NCBI GenBank assembly: GCA_965220745.1
Contig: CBDCQT010000010.1
Span: forward strand, 384,001-448,000
Reading direction: 5' to 3'
Source: Alphaproteobacteria bacterium
Lineage (GTDB): Bacteria; Pseudomonadota; Alphaproteobacteria; UBA828
DNA: 64,000 bases
Below, one piece after another: positions 38,559-47,958 of the stretch. How positions within the stretch are numbered: the first letter of the stretch is position 1; each line of letters opens with the position of its first letter. The translations under genes were made by a program, and so were the position numbers. A model generated the notes under the pieces. That model did not search any database. It was not told where the DNA came from and was given only the letters and a program-made list of their open reading frames with translations.

Positions 38559-39287
38559 TCAGGCCGGCGCGTAGCTCTCGCGGGCGCCGAGGCTGGAGCC
38601 GCCGCAGACCATGATCGCCTGCCCGGTGACGAAGGCGCTGCGCTCGTCGAGGAAGAAGGCGATGGCGTGGGCCATGTCCTCAGGCCGACCGATACGGCCG
38701 GCCGGGATCGCGGCGAGCGCGGCCTTGGTGCGGGGCGAGTCCGGCGGGTTGGCCTCGACGTAGAGCTCGGTCGCCGTCGGGCCGGGGCAGATGCAGTTGA
38801 CCGTGATGCCGTCGCCGCCGAGCTCCAGCGCCCAGGTGCGCGTGAGCCCGATCAGCGCCGCCTTGGTCGCGGCGTAGTTGGTGCGAAGCTCCTTGCCGCG
38901 CACCGAGCGGCTGGAGACGTTGACGATGCGCCCGAAGCCTGCGGCGCGCATCCCAGGTGCCACCGCCTTGGTGCACTGGATGGCCGAGCGCACGTTGAGT
39001 GCCATCAGGTAGTCGAAGTCGTCGAGGGTCGCGTCCTCCAGCAGCGCTGGCCGCACGGCGCCCACGTTGTTGACCAGCCGCGTGATGGTGCGCCCGTCGA
39101 GCGCCTGCTCCAGCGCGCGCGCCGTGGCCTCGGTATCGGCGAGGTCCACCGCGACGAATTCGTCCACCGGGTCTTCCGGCTCCAGGCGGTCGAAGACCAC
39201 GACCCGGCAGCCTTCGGCGCGGAGCCGGGCCGCCGTCGCCCGGCCGATGCCGCGCGCGCCGCCGGTGATGAGGGCGTAATCGGTCGT
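38559..39287 (-). CDS. SDR-family oxidoreductase (apparent ACG start)
   Basis: LITGGARGIG, NNVG, YAATK, NCICPG, FVTGQ; no in-frame ATG/GTG/TTG upstream of the Rossmann motif; GGAGG lies 7 nt before the ACG at 39287. Confidence 0.8.
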   Translation of the reverse strand, partial: TTDYALITGGARGIGRATAARLRAEGCRVVVFDRLEPEDPVDEFVAVDLADTEATARALEQALDGRTITRLVNNVGAVRPALLEDATLDDFDYLMALNVRSAIQCTKAVAPGMRAAGFGRIVNVSSRSVRGKELRTNYAATKAALIGLTRTWALELGGDGITVNCICPGPTATELYVEANPPDSPRTKAALAAIPAGRIGRPEDMAHAIAFFLDERSAFVTGQAIMVCGGSSLGARESYAPA

Positions 39288-39318
39288 CGCCCGCCCTCCC
39301 CGCGCGAGAGCGGCGGCC

Positions 39319-40422
39319 CTACTCCGCCGCCACCTGCGTGCCGATGGCGGCGTTGACCTTGGGCATGACCTCTTCGGCGAGCAGCGACATGGAACGCTTC
39401 ATCCGCTCCTTGTCGGTCCAGTCCTGCGCAGTCAGCATCAGGGTGCCGAAGTGGCCGATCTGGTCGCGCAACGCCAGAATCTTCTCGGCCACCGTCTCCG
39501 GGCTGCCGTAGATCGTGTAGTTGTCGCGGATCGACTCGTGCGTGAGCTCGGCCGGATCGTCGCCCTGGTTGACCACGAAGGGCCCCTTCATCTCGGCCCG
39601 CTCGAAGATGCGGAAGAGGTAGCTGAAGTACCAGTCGGTGCTGTCCTCGGCCTTCTTGACGAAGGCCTCGGCGGCTTCGTCGGTCTCGTCCACGTGGATG
39701 TTGCGGGCGACGCGCCAGATCTCCGGGTCGGTCGAGTGGCCCGCCTTGGCCGCCGCGTCGGCGTAGACCTGCCAGTGGGACTTGGCCGACCAGGTGCCGA
39801 TGAAGTTGGCCGAGATCGGAATGTAGCCGCGCGAGCCCGCGAACTTGATCGAGCCCGAGAAGGGGCTCATCGCGGAGATCGCGATGGGCGGATAGGGCTT
39901 CTGATAGGGCTTGGCCATGTAGCCGAGCCCGATATCCTCGTGGACCCAGTCCTTGAGGGAGATCTGCCAGTGCTTGCCGTCGTAGTTGTAGGGCGGATCC
40001 GAGGTCCAGATATCGACCATGATATCGATGGCCTCGATCATCATCGAGTTGCGGTCCGCGTCCATGACGCCAAAAATCTCGAAGTCCGGCGGCAGCCCGC
40101 CGGGGCCGAGGCCCGCGATGTAGCGCCCCTTCGCCAGGTGATCGAACATGGCGATCTGGCCTGCGGTCACCGCCGGGTGGTACTGGGGCAGGCAGATGAC
40201 GCCGGTGCCGGCGACAATCTGCTTGGTGTGCGGCAGCACGTGCGCGAGGAAGAGCAGCGGCGAGGTGATCTGCTCCGACTTGGAGCTGTAGTGCTCGCCG
40301 ACCCAGGCCTCAGAGAAGCCGAGGCTGTCGGCATGGACGATCGCCTCGATATCCTCCATGAGGGTCGTGTGATAATCCCTCACGTGGTTGTGGATCGGCA
40401 TCATGAACAGGCCCAGCTTCAT
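39319..40422 (-). CDS. LLM-class flavin-dependent monooxygenase (LuxA-like)
   Basis: MKLGLFMMPIH, ADSLGFSEAWVGEH, LPQYHP, FDHLAKGR, KPYQKPYPP, LLAEEVMP. Confidence 0.88.
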   Translation of the reverse strand: MKLGLFMMPIHNHVRDYHTTLMEDIEAIVHADSLGFSEAWVGEHYSSKSEQITSPLLFLAHVLPHTKQIVAGTGVICLPQYHPAVTAGQIAMFDHLAKGRYIAGLGPGGLPPDFEIFGVMDADRNSMMIEAIDIMVDIWTSDPPYNYDGKHWQISLKDWVHEDIGLGYMAKPYQKPYPPIAISAMSPFSGSIKFAGSRGYIPISANFIGTWSAKSHWQVYADAAAKAGHSTDPEIWRVARNIHVDETDEAAEAFVKKAEDSTDWYFSYLFRIFERAEMKGPFVVNQGDDPAELTHESIRDNYTIYGSPETVAEKILALRDQIGHFGTLMLTAQDWTDKERMKRSMSLLAEEVMPKVNAAIGTQVAAE

Positions 40423-40562
40423 CGATCTCCTCCCGTGTCCCGCAGCACTGCGCGCGCAACTCCCTTGCCCGCCCGTCGCCGGGCGGCCCGGCGCACCATA
40501 TACCATCGGATGCGGCGCCGCACACTAGGGCGCGGGGCGCGCCGGACCGTGGGAGGCGCCGC

Positions 40563-41462
40563 GTGATCGGGGCTTCGGACGCGCCGGCGCCCGCGCGCCG
40601 GCGGGCGCTGCGCAAGGCGCTCGCGAGCGGTGGGCTGCTGCGCTTCCCCGGCGCGTTCGCGCCGATCGTGGCCAAGCTGATCGAGCGCCAGGGCTTCGAC
40701 GGGGTCTACGTCTCCGGGGCAGCGCTCGCCGCCGATCTCGGCCTGCCGGACATCGGGCTGGTGACCCAGAGCGAGGTGGTCGCCCGCGCGCAGGCCATCG
40801 TGCGGGCCTGCACGCTGCCCGTCATCGTGGATGTCGACACCGGCTTCGGCGCCCCGCTCAACGCCGCCCGCACCGTGGCGCTGCTCGAGGAGGCGGGTCT
40901 TGCCGGCTGCCACCTCGAAGACCAGGAGAGCCCTAAGCGCTGCGGCCATCTGGACCGCAAGACCCTGGTGCCGACGGCGGAGATGGTGCGCCGCGTGCGC
41001 GCTGCCGCCGAGGCCCAGCGGGACCCGGACTTTCTGCTCATCGCCCGCACCGACGCACGCGGACCCGAGGGGCTGGACAAGGCCATCGAGCGGGCCAAGG
41101 CCTACGTCGATGCTGGCGCGGCCATGATCTTCCCCGAGGCGCTGCAGGACGAGCGCGAGTTCGAGGCCTTCCGCGCCGCCATCGACGCGCCGCTGATGGC
41201 CAACATGACCGAGTTCGGCAAGTCGCCCCTGCTCTCCCGCAAGAGGCTGGCGGAGCTCGGCTACAACCTGGTGATCTATCCTGTGACGACCTTCCGGCTC
41301 GCCATGAAGGCCGTGGAGGACGGGCTCCGCGAGCTCGACGAGGGCGACGACCAGCCGGGCCTCGTGCCCCGCATGATGACCCGAGCGCACCTCTATGACA
41401 TCGTGGACTACGCGGGCTACGGGCGCTTCGACAGCGCGGTCCGCGATTTTTCCGAAGAGTGA
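40563..41462 (+). CDS. prpB: Methylisocitrate lyase (ICL/PEP-mutase family)
   Basis: YVSGA, GLPDIG, VDVDTGFG, HLEDQ..PKRCGH, IARTDA, IFPEA, ANMTEFGKSP. Confidence 0.8.
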   Translation: MIGASDAPAPARRRALRKALASGGLLRFPGAFAPIVAKLIERQGFDGVYVSGAALAADLGLPDIGLVTQSEVVARAQAIVRACTLPVIVDVDTGFGAPLNAARTVALLEEAGLAGCHLEDQESPKRCGHLDRKTLVPTAEMVRRVRAAAEAQRDPDFLLIARTDARGPEGLDKAIERAKAYVDAGAAMIFPEALQDEREFEAFRAAIDAPLMANMTEFGKSPLLSRKRLAELGYNLVIYPVTTFRLAMKAVEDGLRELDEGDDQPGLVPRMMTRAHLYDIVDYAGYGRFDSAVRDFSEE

Positions 41463-41495
41463 GCGCGTTCTACAATAGCGGTTGAACGGTCCCCG

Positions 41496-42689
41496 ATGAC
41501 GCATCCTCCCGCAGACGGCGCGCTTGCGCGCTACACCGTGCTCGACCTCACCCGCTACCGGGCGGGGCCGACCGCGGCGCGCCAGCTTGCGGACTGGGGC
41601 GCCGACGTGATCAAGATCGAGGCGCCGTGGACGCCGGGAACGGCGAGCGACCCCATCAAGGCCCGGCATGGCCCGGACTTCCAGAACCTGCACCGCAACA
41701 AGCGGAGCCTCACCCTCAACCTGAAGGAGCCGGAGGCCGTCGCCATCTTCAAGCGCCTGGCGGAGAGCGCGGACGTGGTGGTGGAGAACTACCGCCCCGA
41801 CGTGAAGCACCGGCTCGGCATCGACTACGAGACGCTGAGCGCGCTCAACCCCCGCCTGGTCTACGCCAGCCTCTCGGGCTTCGGGCAGGACGGCCCCTAT
41901 GCCAAGCGGCCGGGCTTCGACCAGATCGCGCAGGGCATGGGCGGGCTCATGTCGATCACCGGCGAGCCCGGCCGGGGGCCGATGCGCGTCGGCATCCCGG
42001 TCGCGGACCTGAGCGCCGGGCTCTACACCGCCATCGGCATTCTCGTCGCGCTGCTGGAGCGCGAGCACTCGGGCAAGGGGCAGTGGGTGCAATCGTCGCT
42101 GCTGCAGGCGATGATCGCTCAGCTCGACTTCCAGGCCGCGCGTTACCTGTTCGAGGGCGTGGCCCCCGGCCAGGCCGGCAACGACCACCCGACGAGCATC
42201 CCGACCGGCGTGTTCGAGACCGCCGACGGCCACATCAACATCGCGACCTCCGGCGGCGCCATCTACGAGCGCCTGTGCGAGGCGCTGGACATGCCGGAGC
42301 TGATCACCGACCCGCGCTTCGCAACCGGCGATGGCCGCTCCGAGAACCGCGCGGAGCTGAACGCGCTGATCAACGAGCGCACGCGCACCAAGCCGAGCAC
42401 GGCATGGGTGGAGGCGTTCAACCGAGCCGGCGTGCCCTGCGGGCCGATCTACGCCATCGACGAGATGTTCGACGATCCGCAGGTGCAGCACCTCGGCATG
42501 GCGCACCCTGTGGAGCACCCCGCGCTCGGGGAGACCCGCATCGTCTCCCAGGCGGCCCGGCTTAGCCGCACGCCATTCAACGTGCATGGAGCCACGCCGG
42601 AGCTCGGCGCCCACACGGACGAAATCCTGGGGGCGCTCGGCTACGACGCCGCCGAGATCGAAGGCCTGCGGAGCCGTGGCGTTGTCTAA
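41496..42689 (+). CDS. CaiB/BaiF (family III) CoA-transferase
   Basis: VLDLTRYRAGP, GADVIKIE, RNKRSLTLNLK, DVVVENYRP, GFGQDGPY, GFDQIAQ. Confidence 0.92.
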   Translation: MTHPPADGALARYTVLDLTRYRAGPTAARQLADWGADVIKIEAPWTPGTASDPIKARHGPDFQNLHRNKRSLTLNLKEPEAVAIFKRLAESADVVVENYRPDVKHRLGIDYETLSALNPRLVYASLSGFGQDGPYAKRPGFDQIAQGMGGLMSITGEPGRGPMRVGIPVADLSAGLYTAIGILVALLEREHSGKGQWVQSSLLQAMIAQLDFQAARYLFEGVAPGQAGNDHPTSIPTGVFETADGHINIATSGGAIYERLCEALDMPELITDPRFATGDGRSENRAELNALINERTRTKPSTAWVEAFNRAGVPCGPIYAIDEMFDDPQVQHLGMAHPVEHPALGETRIVSQAARLSRTPFNVHGATPELGAHTDEILGALGYDAAEIEGLRSRGVV

Positions 42690-42701
42690 CGTGGGAATGA
42701 C

Positions 42702-43490
42702 ATGACCGATCAACTGCTTGTCGATACGAACGGTGCCGTCGGCTGGATCACCTTCAACAACCCGGCGAAGCACAACGCGCTCTCGGTCGCCATGTGGCGC
42801 GCGCTGCCGGAGGCGCTGGACCGGCTGGAGGCGGACCCCACGATCCGGGTGATCGTGCTCAAGGGCGCGGGCGAGAAGGCCTTCGTCTCGGGCGCGGACA
42901 TCTCGGAGTTCGCGACCGAGCGCGCGAGCACCGACGCGGTCGCCGCCTACGACGAGCTAGCGGAGGGTGCCACCCAGCGGCTGCGCAACGCGGACCGGCC
43001 GACCATCGCCAAGATCCGGGGCTATTGCATGGGGGGCGGCCTGGGCCTCGCCATCGCCTGCGACCTGCGCATCGCCGGCACGGGCGCGACCTTCGCGATC
43101 CCGGCGGCGCGGCTCGGGGTCGGCTACCGTATCGGCTCGCTCAAGCTGCTGACTGATCTCGTCGGCCCCGCCTTCGCCAAGGAGATCCTGATCACGGCGC
43201 GGCGCTTCAACGCCGCAGAGGCCGAGCGCATCGGCCTCGTCAACCAGACCGTTCCCGACGACTCGCTGGACGAGACCGTCGAGGGCTACTGCGCGGGCAT
43301 CGCCGCCAACGCGCCGCTCTCCATGCGCGCGAGCAAGCGCATGATCGCGGAGCTTGCGCGGAGCGGCGCCGAGGGCGTGGACCCGGCGCTCTGCGACGAG
43401 CTGGTGACGGCCTGCTTCACCAGCGCGGATTACACCGAGGGCCGCACCGCGTTCATGGAGAAGCGGCCGCCGAAGTTCACGGGCCGCTGA
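42702..43490 (+). CDS. Enoyl-CoA hydratase/isomerase family protein
   Basis: FNNPAKHNAL, AFVSGADISEF, GYCMGGG, EGRTAFMEKRPP. Confidence 0.92.
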   Translation: MTDQLLVDTNGAVGWITFNNPAKHNALSVAMWRALPEALDRLEADPTIRVIVLKGAGEKAFVSGADISEFATERASTDAVAAYDELAEGATQRLRNADRPTIAKIRGYCMGGGLGLAIACDLRIAGTGATFAIPAARLGVGYRIGSLKLLTDLVGPAFAKEILITARRFNAAEAERIGLVNQTVPDDSLDETVEGYCAGIAANAPLSMRASKRMIAELARSGAEGVDPALCDELVTACFTSADYTEGRTAFMEKRPPKFTGR

Positions 43491-43520
43491 CCCGCACTCT
43501 TCGCCACGATCACTGTTTGC

Positions 43521-44552
43521 GTGCCGCTCCTGACCACCTGCATCGGTTCCTATCCCAAGCCGCCCTACGTGCCGCGCCTGGCCTGGATGCACGAGGACGT
43601 CGAGGCCGGCGAGGTCGAGGATGAGGCCCTTTCGCCAGAGGAGCGGCAGGCCGCATTCGACCGAGCCACGCGGGAGGTCGTCGCCGAGCAAGCTGCAATC
43701 GGAATCGACATCCCGACCGACGGCGAGATGCGGCGCGGGAACTACATCCACTATCACTGCAGCCATCTCGACGGCTTCGAGCCCGATACGCTGACCGAGT
43801 GCACCATGCGGGGCGGGGCCTGGACGGCCGAGGTCCCCACCTTTACGGGCAAGGTCGCCGCGCGCGAGCCCTTTCTGGTGCGCGACTGGCAGATCGCGCA
43901 GGCGGCGACGGAGAAGCCTGTCAAGATCACCGTTCCCGGACCGTTCACCATCGCGGACTCGACCGCCAACGTGTTCGACCCCGACCGCCGGTCCTGGTGC
44001 GCCGCGCTGGCCGATGCCCTCAACGTGGAGATCAGGCGCCTGGCGGACGCCGGATGCCGCCACATTCAGGTCGACGAGCCGCTCTTCGCGCGCCTGCCGG
44101 ACCAGGCGCTCGACTTCGGGATCGAAACCCTCGAACGGTGCTTCCACGGCCTGCCCGCCGGCGTGACCCGCACCATGCACATGTGCTGCGGCTATCCCGA
44201 CAAGCTGGACGAGACCGACTACGTGAAGGCCGACCCGGAGGCCTACCGGCGGCTCGCCGGCGCGGTGGAGGCCAGCGTCGTCGACGCGGTCTCCATCGAG
44301 GACGCGCACCGGCACAATGATCTGTCCCTGCTCGATACGTTCTCGCGCACCACGGTCATCCTGGGTGTCGTCGAGATCGCCTCCAGCCGGGTGGAGACAG
44401 TGGACGAGATTGTCGCGCGCCTGCGCGCGGCGCTCGACCATATCGATACCGACCGGCTGGTGGCTGCGCCCGACTGCGGGCTGATCATGCTGGGCTCGGA
44501 ACTCGCGCGCGCCAAGCTCGCCCGCCTCGTCGACGCCGCCCGCGCGGTCTGA
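43521..44552 (+). CDS. Cobalamin-independent methionine synthase II family (catalytic domain only)
   Basis: GSYPKP, TDGEMRR, IQVDEP, HMCCG, PDCG Zn ligands. Confidence 0.85.
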   Translation: MPLLTTCIGSYPKPPYVPRLAWMHEDVEAGEVEDEALSPEERQAAFDRATREVVAEQAAIGIDIPTDGEMRRGNYIHYHCSHLDGFEPDTLTECTMRGGAWTAEVPTFTGKVAAREPFLVRDWQIAQAATEKPVKITVPGPFTIADSTANVFDPDRRSWCAALADALNVEIRRLADAGCRHIQVDEPLFARLPDQALDFGIETLERCFHGLPAGVTRTMHMCCGYPDKLDETDYVKADPEAYRRLAGAVEASVVDAVSIEDAHRHNDLSLLDTFSRTTVILGVVEIASSRVETVDEIVARLRAALDHIDTDRLVAAPDCGLIMLGSELARAKLARLVDAARAV

Positions 44553-44713
44553 CTCGTCGGTTCACGGAGACCGCGGCAGGTCCCGGCGATCGGCAGAATG
44601 TCTGGCCGCTGCCCTCCTCCGCCGCCGCGATGCCCGGCAGGAAGGAGAGGCTCGGCGTGCGCCACTCGCATCGCGCGCCGAGAGCGGTCCGTGATCCCGG
44701 CGGGAAGACCGCG

Positions 44714-45298
44714 CTAAATCCGTTCCGAAAGCCAGATTGCGAGCCGGGTGCCGCGCTTGACCGCGGCGGAGAGCGCCTCGTAGGCCGGCGCCCGCTCGGC
44801 CCCGTGGGTGAGGCCGGTCTCGCGGTGCCGGGCCTCGTCGGCGCCGAATTCCTCGAGCGTCTGTCGCAACCCGGCCTCGTCCTCGCCGAGGCGTTCCGCC
44901 TGGCCCGCGTAGTGCTGCTCGATCACCTCCTCGACCGCGACGGTGCACGCCATCGCCGCCCGCTCGCCCAGCAGCGCGCTCGCCGCACCCAGAGCGAAGC
45001 CCGCGACATGCCAAACCGGGGAGAGAGCGGTCGGTCGCACCCGGCGCTCGACCAGCAGATTATCGAAGGCGTCCAGATGCGCCTGCTCGGCCTCGGCCAT
45101 CTCGCGGATTGCAGGCGCGGCGGCGCTCTGACCGAGCACCGCGAGCTGGCCGTCGTAGATCCGCTTGGCGCCGTACTCGCCGGCGTGATCGACCCGGATC
45201 ATGCGGGCGATCATCTCTTCACGGGTCGGGTCGCCGGGCAGCCGGTCCTCGCCCGTGACGGCGGGCCGGGCGTCTTCGCGCGTCGCGTCTTCGTTCAT
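44714..45298 (-). CDS. coq7: Demethoxyubiquinone hydroxylase (Coq7)
   Basis: MIRVDHAGEYGA..IY.GQ, E..H, AMACTVAVEEVI..HY, DE..H di-iron motifs. Confidence 0.9.
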   Translation of the reverse strand: MNEDATREDARPAVTGEDRLPGDPTREEMIARMIRVDHAGEYGAKRIYDGQLAVLGQSAAAPAIREMAEAEQAHLDAFDNLLVERRVRPTALSPVWHVAGFALGAASALLGERAAMACTVAVEEVIEQHYAGQAERLGEDEAGLRQTLEEFGADEARHRETGLTHGAERAPAYEALSAAVKRGTRLAIWLSERI

Positions 45299-45795
45299 GT
45301 GCCCGCCCTCCACAGCCGGACCGCACCGAAGGCCGCCACTATCGCCATGATCACGGAGATGATGGCGTTCCAGCCCGCGAGCGAGACGCCGATCAGCGAC
45401 CAGGGCACCTCGTCGCAGCGGGTGAGCGGCGCGTTCATGACCTGGGCCCTGATGTCCTCGATCGTGCCGCCGCTCATCGGCGCGGCGCACGCGCTCGCGA
45501 ACCAGCCCTGCTCGACCCCGACATGGTAGACGCCGTAGCCGGTCGTCACCAGGAGCGCGAGGCCGCAGAGCGCGAGCAGCGCCATCCGCGCCCGACCGCC
45601 CGCGACGATGGCGGCGACGAGCCCCAGCCCGAAGACGGCGAAGTGGGGATAGCGCTGGATCAGGCAGAGCGGACAAGGATGGAGCCCGCCCACGTGCTGG
45701 GAGAGGTAGGCGCCGAGCAGCAGGCCTGCGCTGGCCGCCGCGACGAGGAGCGGGATGGCGCGCGCGCCCGCCCACCGCTGCAGCGTCGCGACCAA
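45295..45795 (-). CDS. DsbB-family disulfide bond formation protein
   Basis: PCPLCLIQRYP, YHVGVE, C...CDE..W, SLAGWN. Confidence 0.85.
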   Translation of the reverse strand: MVATLQRWAGARAIPLLVAAASAGLLLGAYLSQHVGGLHPCPLCLIQRYPHFAVFGLGLVAAIVAGGRARMALLALCGLALLVTTGYGVYHVGVEQGWFASACAAPMSGGTIEDIRAQVMNAPLTRCDEVPWSLIGVSLAGWNAIISVIMAIVAAFGAVRLWRAGT

Positions 45796-45798
45796 GGT

Positions 45799-46266
45799 CT
45801 ACGCGGCGCCGCCGGCCGCCGGCTCGCGCCGCACGATCGTGGTGCTGGTCATGGTCATCACCACGTCGTCGCGCTGGTTGAGCACGTCCAGTCGATAGCG
45901 CACGAGTCCGCGCTCGGGCTTGGAGCGCGACACCCGCGTCTCGAGGATCTCCCCGGTAGAGCGAATGGTGTCGCCGGGGCGCACCGGCTGCAGCCAGCGC
46001 AGCTCCTCGACTCCCGGCGAGCCCATGACGATCTCGGGCGCGAACACCCGCGTCTGGACCATCATGCGGAGCGCCACGGCGATGGTCTGAATGCCGCTCG
46101 CGATGAGCCCGCCGTAGGGGCCGGCCTCGGCGTACTCGATGTCGATGTGAAAGGGCTGCGGATCGTACTGGAAGGCGAAGTCCAGAATCTCGGCTTCGCT
46201 CAAGGTCTTGCCCAGGCTCTCGAAACGCGCGCCGGGCGTCAGGTCGTCGAAATACCAGTTGTACAT
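45799..46266 (-). CDS. MaoC-family dehydratase
   Basis: FAFQYDPQPFHID, GLIASG, LRWLQPVRPGD. Confidence 0.9.
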   Translation of the reverse strand: MYNWYFDDLTPGARFESLGKTLSEAEILDFAFQYDPQPFHIDIEYAEAGPYGGLIASGIQTIAVALRMMVQTRVFAPEIVMGSPGVEELRWLQPVRPGDTIRSTGEILETRVSRSKPERGLVRYRLDVLNQRDDVVMTMTSTTIVRREPAAGGAA

Positions 46267-46294
46267 GGGAACCCCTGATGGCGAGTGACTAATC

Positions 46295-46392
46295 TAGCCC
46301 GTAATTCTCACCACGGTCACGGCCTGCGTCGCGCTCAGGTGTTCGATCCGCGAGGAGCGGGCCGAAAGGCGTATCAGGGAATACGGTTGAGG
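46295..46392 (-). mobile_element. One-ended partial copy of the 33360-33628 MITE
   Basis: TAGCCCGTAATTCTCACCACGGTCACGGCCTGCGTCGCG...GCGTATCAGGGAATACGGTTGAGG matches the reverse complement of 33531-33628. Confidence 0.8.
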
Positions 46393-46515
46393 CCCGCGTC
46401 GCGCCGAAGGCGCGCATGCCCGCGCCGAGCAACACTTAGCCGATAACGGTCGGCCGGTCATTATCGCTCGCGTCCGATCGCCGCGTCGCACGTCGACTGT
46501 CTCGCGTATTCCGCG

Positions 46516-47682
46516 TCAATCAGGGTCTACGCGGTAGCGCTCGACCTTGGCCTCGTCGATGTCGACCCCCATGCCGGGGCCTGTCGGGACCGGGACCGCG
46601 CCCCCGACATGGGCCAGCGGGGCGGCGATCAGGTCGTCGGTGTAGTAGACCCCGCCGATCCGCCCGGCGCGGTGCTCGGCCGGCATCGAGACCGGCACCA
46701 CGCAGCTCAGCACCACCGGCTCGGCGGCGGCGGCGAGCTGGAGGTTGGCGAGATTGCCGATGCCGGTCTCGACCGAACCGTTGACGTTGGAGATCAGCCC
46801 CGCCGCGCGCACCACTGCGGCGACCTGCATCGCGCGAAACAGCCCGCCCGGCTTCGTGGTGTAGATCGAGACGACGTCTGCCGCCCGGCGCTCGGCGATC
46901 TCGATCACGTCACGGGCGTTCCACGCGCTCTCGTCGGCCATGAGCGGCACGCCGATGCCGCGCCTGACCTCGGCGAGCCCGTCGATCCCCTCGACTGGCT
47001 GCTCGGCGTAGATCAGGTCGGCCGCCTCCATCCGGCGGATGATCTTTATCGCCTCGTAAGGCGTGCGGTAACCGCAGTTGGCGTCCACGCAGAGCGCCGT
47101 TGCCGGGCCCACCGCCTCGCGGATGCGGCGAACGATCTCGACATCGCGCTCGGGATCGACGCCGACCTTGATCTTGATCGTCCTGATGCCTTCGGCGACG
47201 ACGATTTTGCATTCGTCCACCGCCTCGTCGATGGGCAGCAGCCCGATCGAATGGGTGATGGGCACAGTGTCACGCAGCATGCCGCCGAGGAGCCGATGCA
47301 CCGGCATGCCCAGCGTGCGCCCGGCGAGGTCGTAGGCCGCCATCTCGACCGCGCCCTTGGCGTAGGGGTAGCCCTTGATCGCGGCATCCATCGCATGGTG
47401 GAGCAACGCCGGCTGCGCCGGGTCGAGGCCAACGACCGCGGGTGCCAGATAGGCCTCGACCACGAAGCGCGTCGTGCCCGGCGATTCGCCGAAGTAGCGG
47501 CCGTAGTCGCCGCCCCAGTCCTTCAGCGCCGGCGCCTCGCCCCAGCCGACCAGCCCGTTCTCGCCCTCCATGCGGACCAGGATGTAGCCGCCGATGGGCT
47601 CGGTGAGCCCGGTCCACTTGTGCTCGCGGCGCGTCGGCAGGGAAACCTGCACTAGCTCGATACGGGCGATTCTCGTCGTCAT
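46516..47682 (-). CDS. Muconate-lactonizing-enzyme-subgroup enolase-superfamily protein
   Basis: GWGEA, KIKVG, DAN, EQP, DES, GPGMG; start at ATG 47682. Confidence 0.88.
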   Translation of the reverse strand: MTTRIARIELVQVSLPTRREHKWTGLTEPIGGYILVRMEGENGLVGWGEAPALKDWGGDYGRYFGESPGTTRFVVEAYLAPAVVGLDPAQPALLHHAMDAAIKGYPYAKGAVEMAAYDLAGRTLGMPVHRLLGGMLRDTVPITHSIGLLPIDEAVDECKIVVAEGIRTIKIKVGVDPERDVEIVRRIREAVGPATALCVDANCGYRTPYEAIKIIRRMEAADLIYAEQPVEGIDGLAEVRRGIGVPLMADESAWNARDVIEIAERRAADVVSIYTTKPGGLFRAMQVAAVVRAAGLISNVNGSVETGIGNLANLQLAAAAEPVVLSCVVPVSMPAEHRAGRIGGVYYTDDLIAAPLAHVGGAVPVPTGPGMGVDIDEAKVERYRVDPD

Positions 47683-47958
47683 CGGGAAGCCTCCTGCCGG
47701 CTGCCCTATCGCGAATCCGAGACCCCCGCAAGGCGGCCGTGCCCGTCCCAACCGAGGACGTACTCCACCCCGGCTGTGCCGCGCGAATGACTGTGTTGCG
47801 TTCCGCGCGCGAGCCTGCCTACCATAACGTTGACGCGTCCGTCGGTATCCCTCGCGGCGGTTGGCGTGCGCGAGGCAGAACCCGGCACTCGATGACCGGC
47901 GAGGCGGCCCGATCCGGCGGGACGAATGCGGGCCGCGCGACGAGGGAGGCAGTACACA

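Noticed and set aside
44714-45775. 353-aa ORF as an extended Coq7
   Set aside because: The upstream part overlaps dsbB in another frame; Coq7 starts at 45298, coupled to the dsbB stop.
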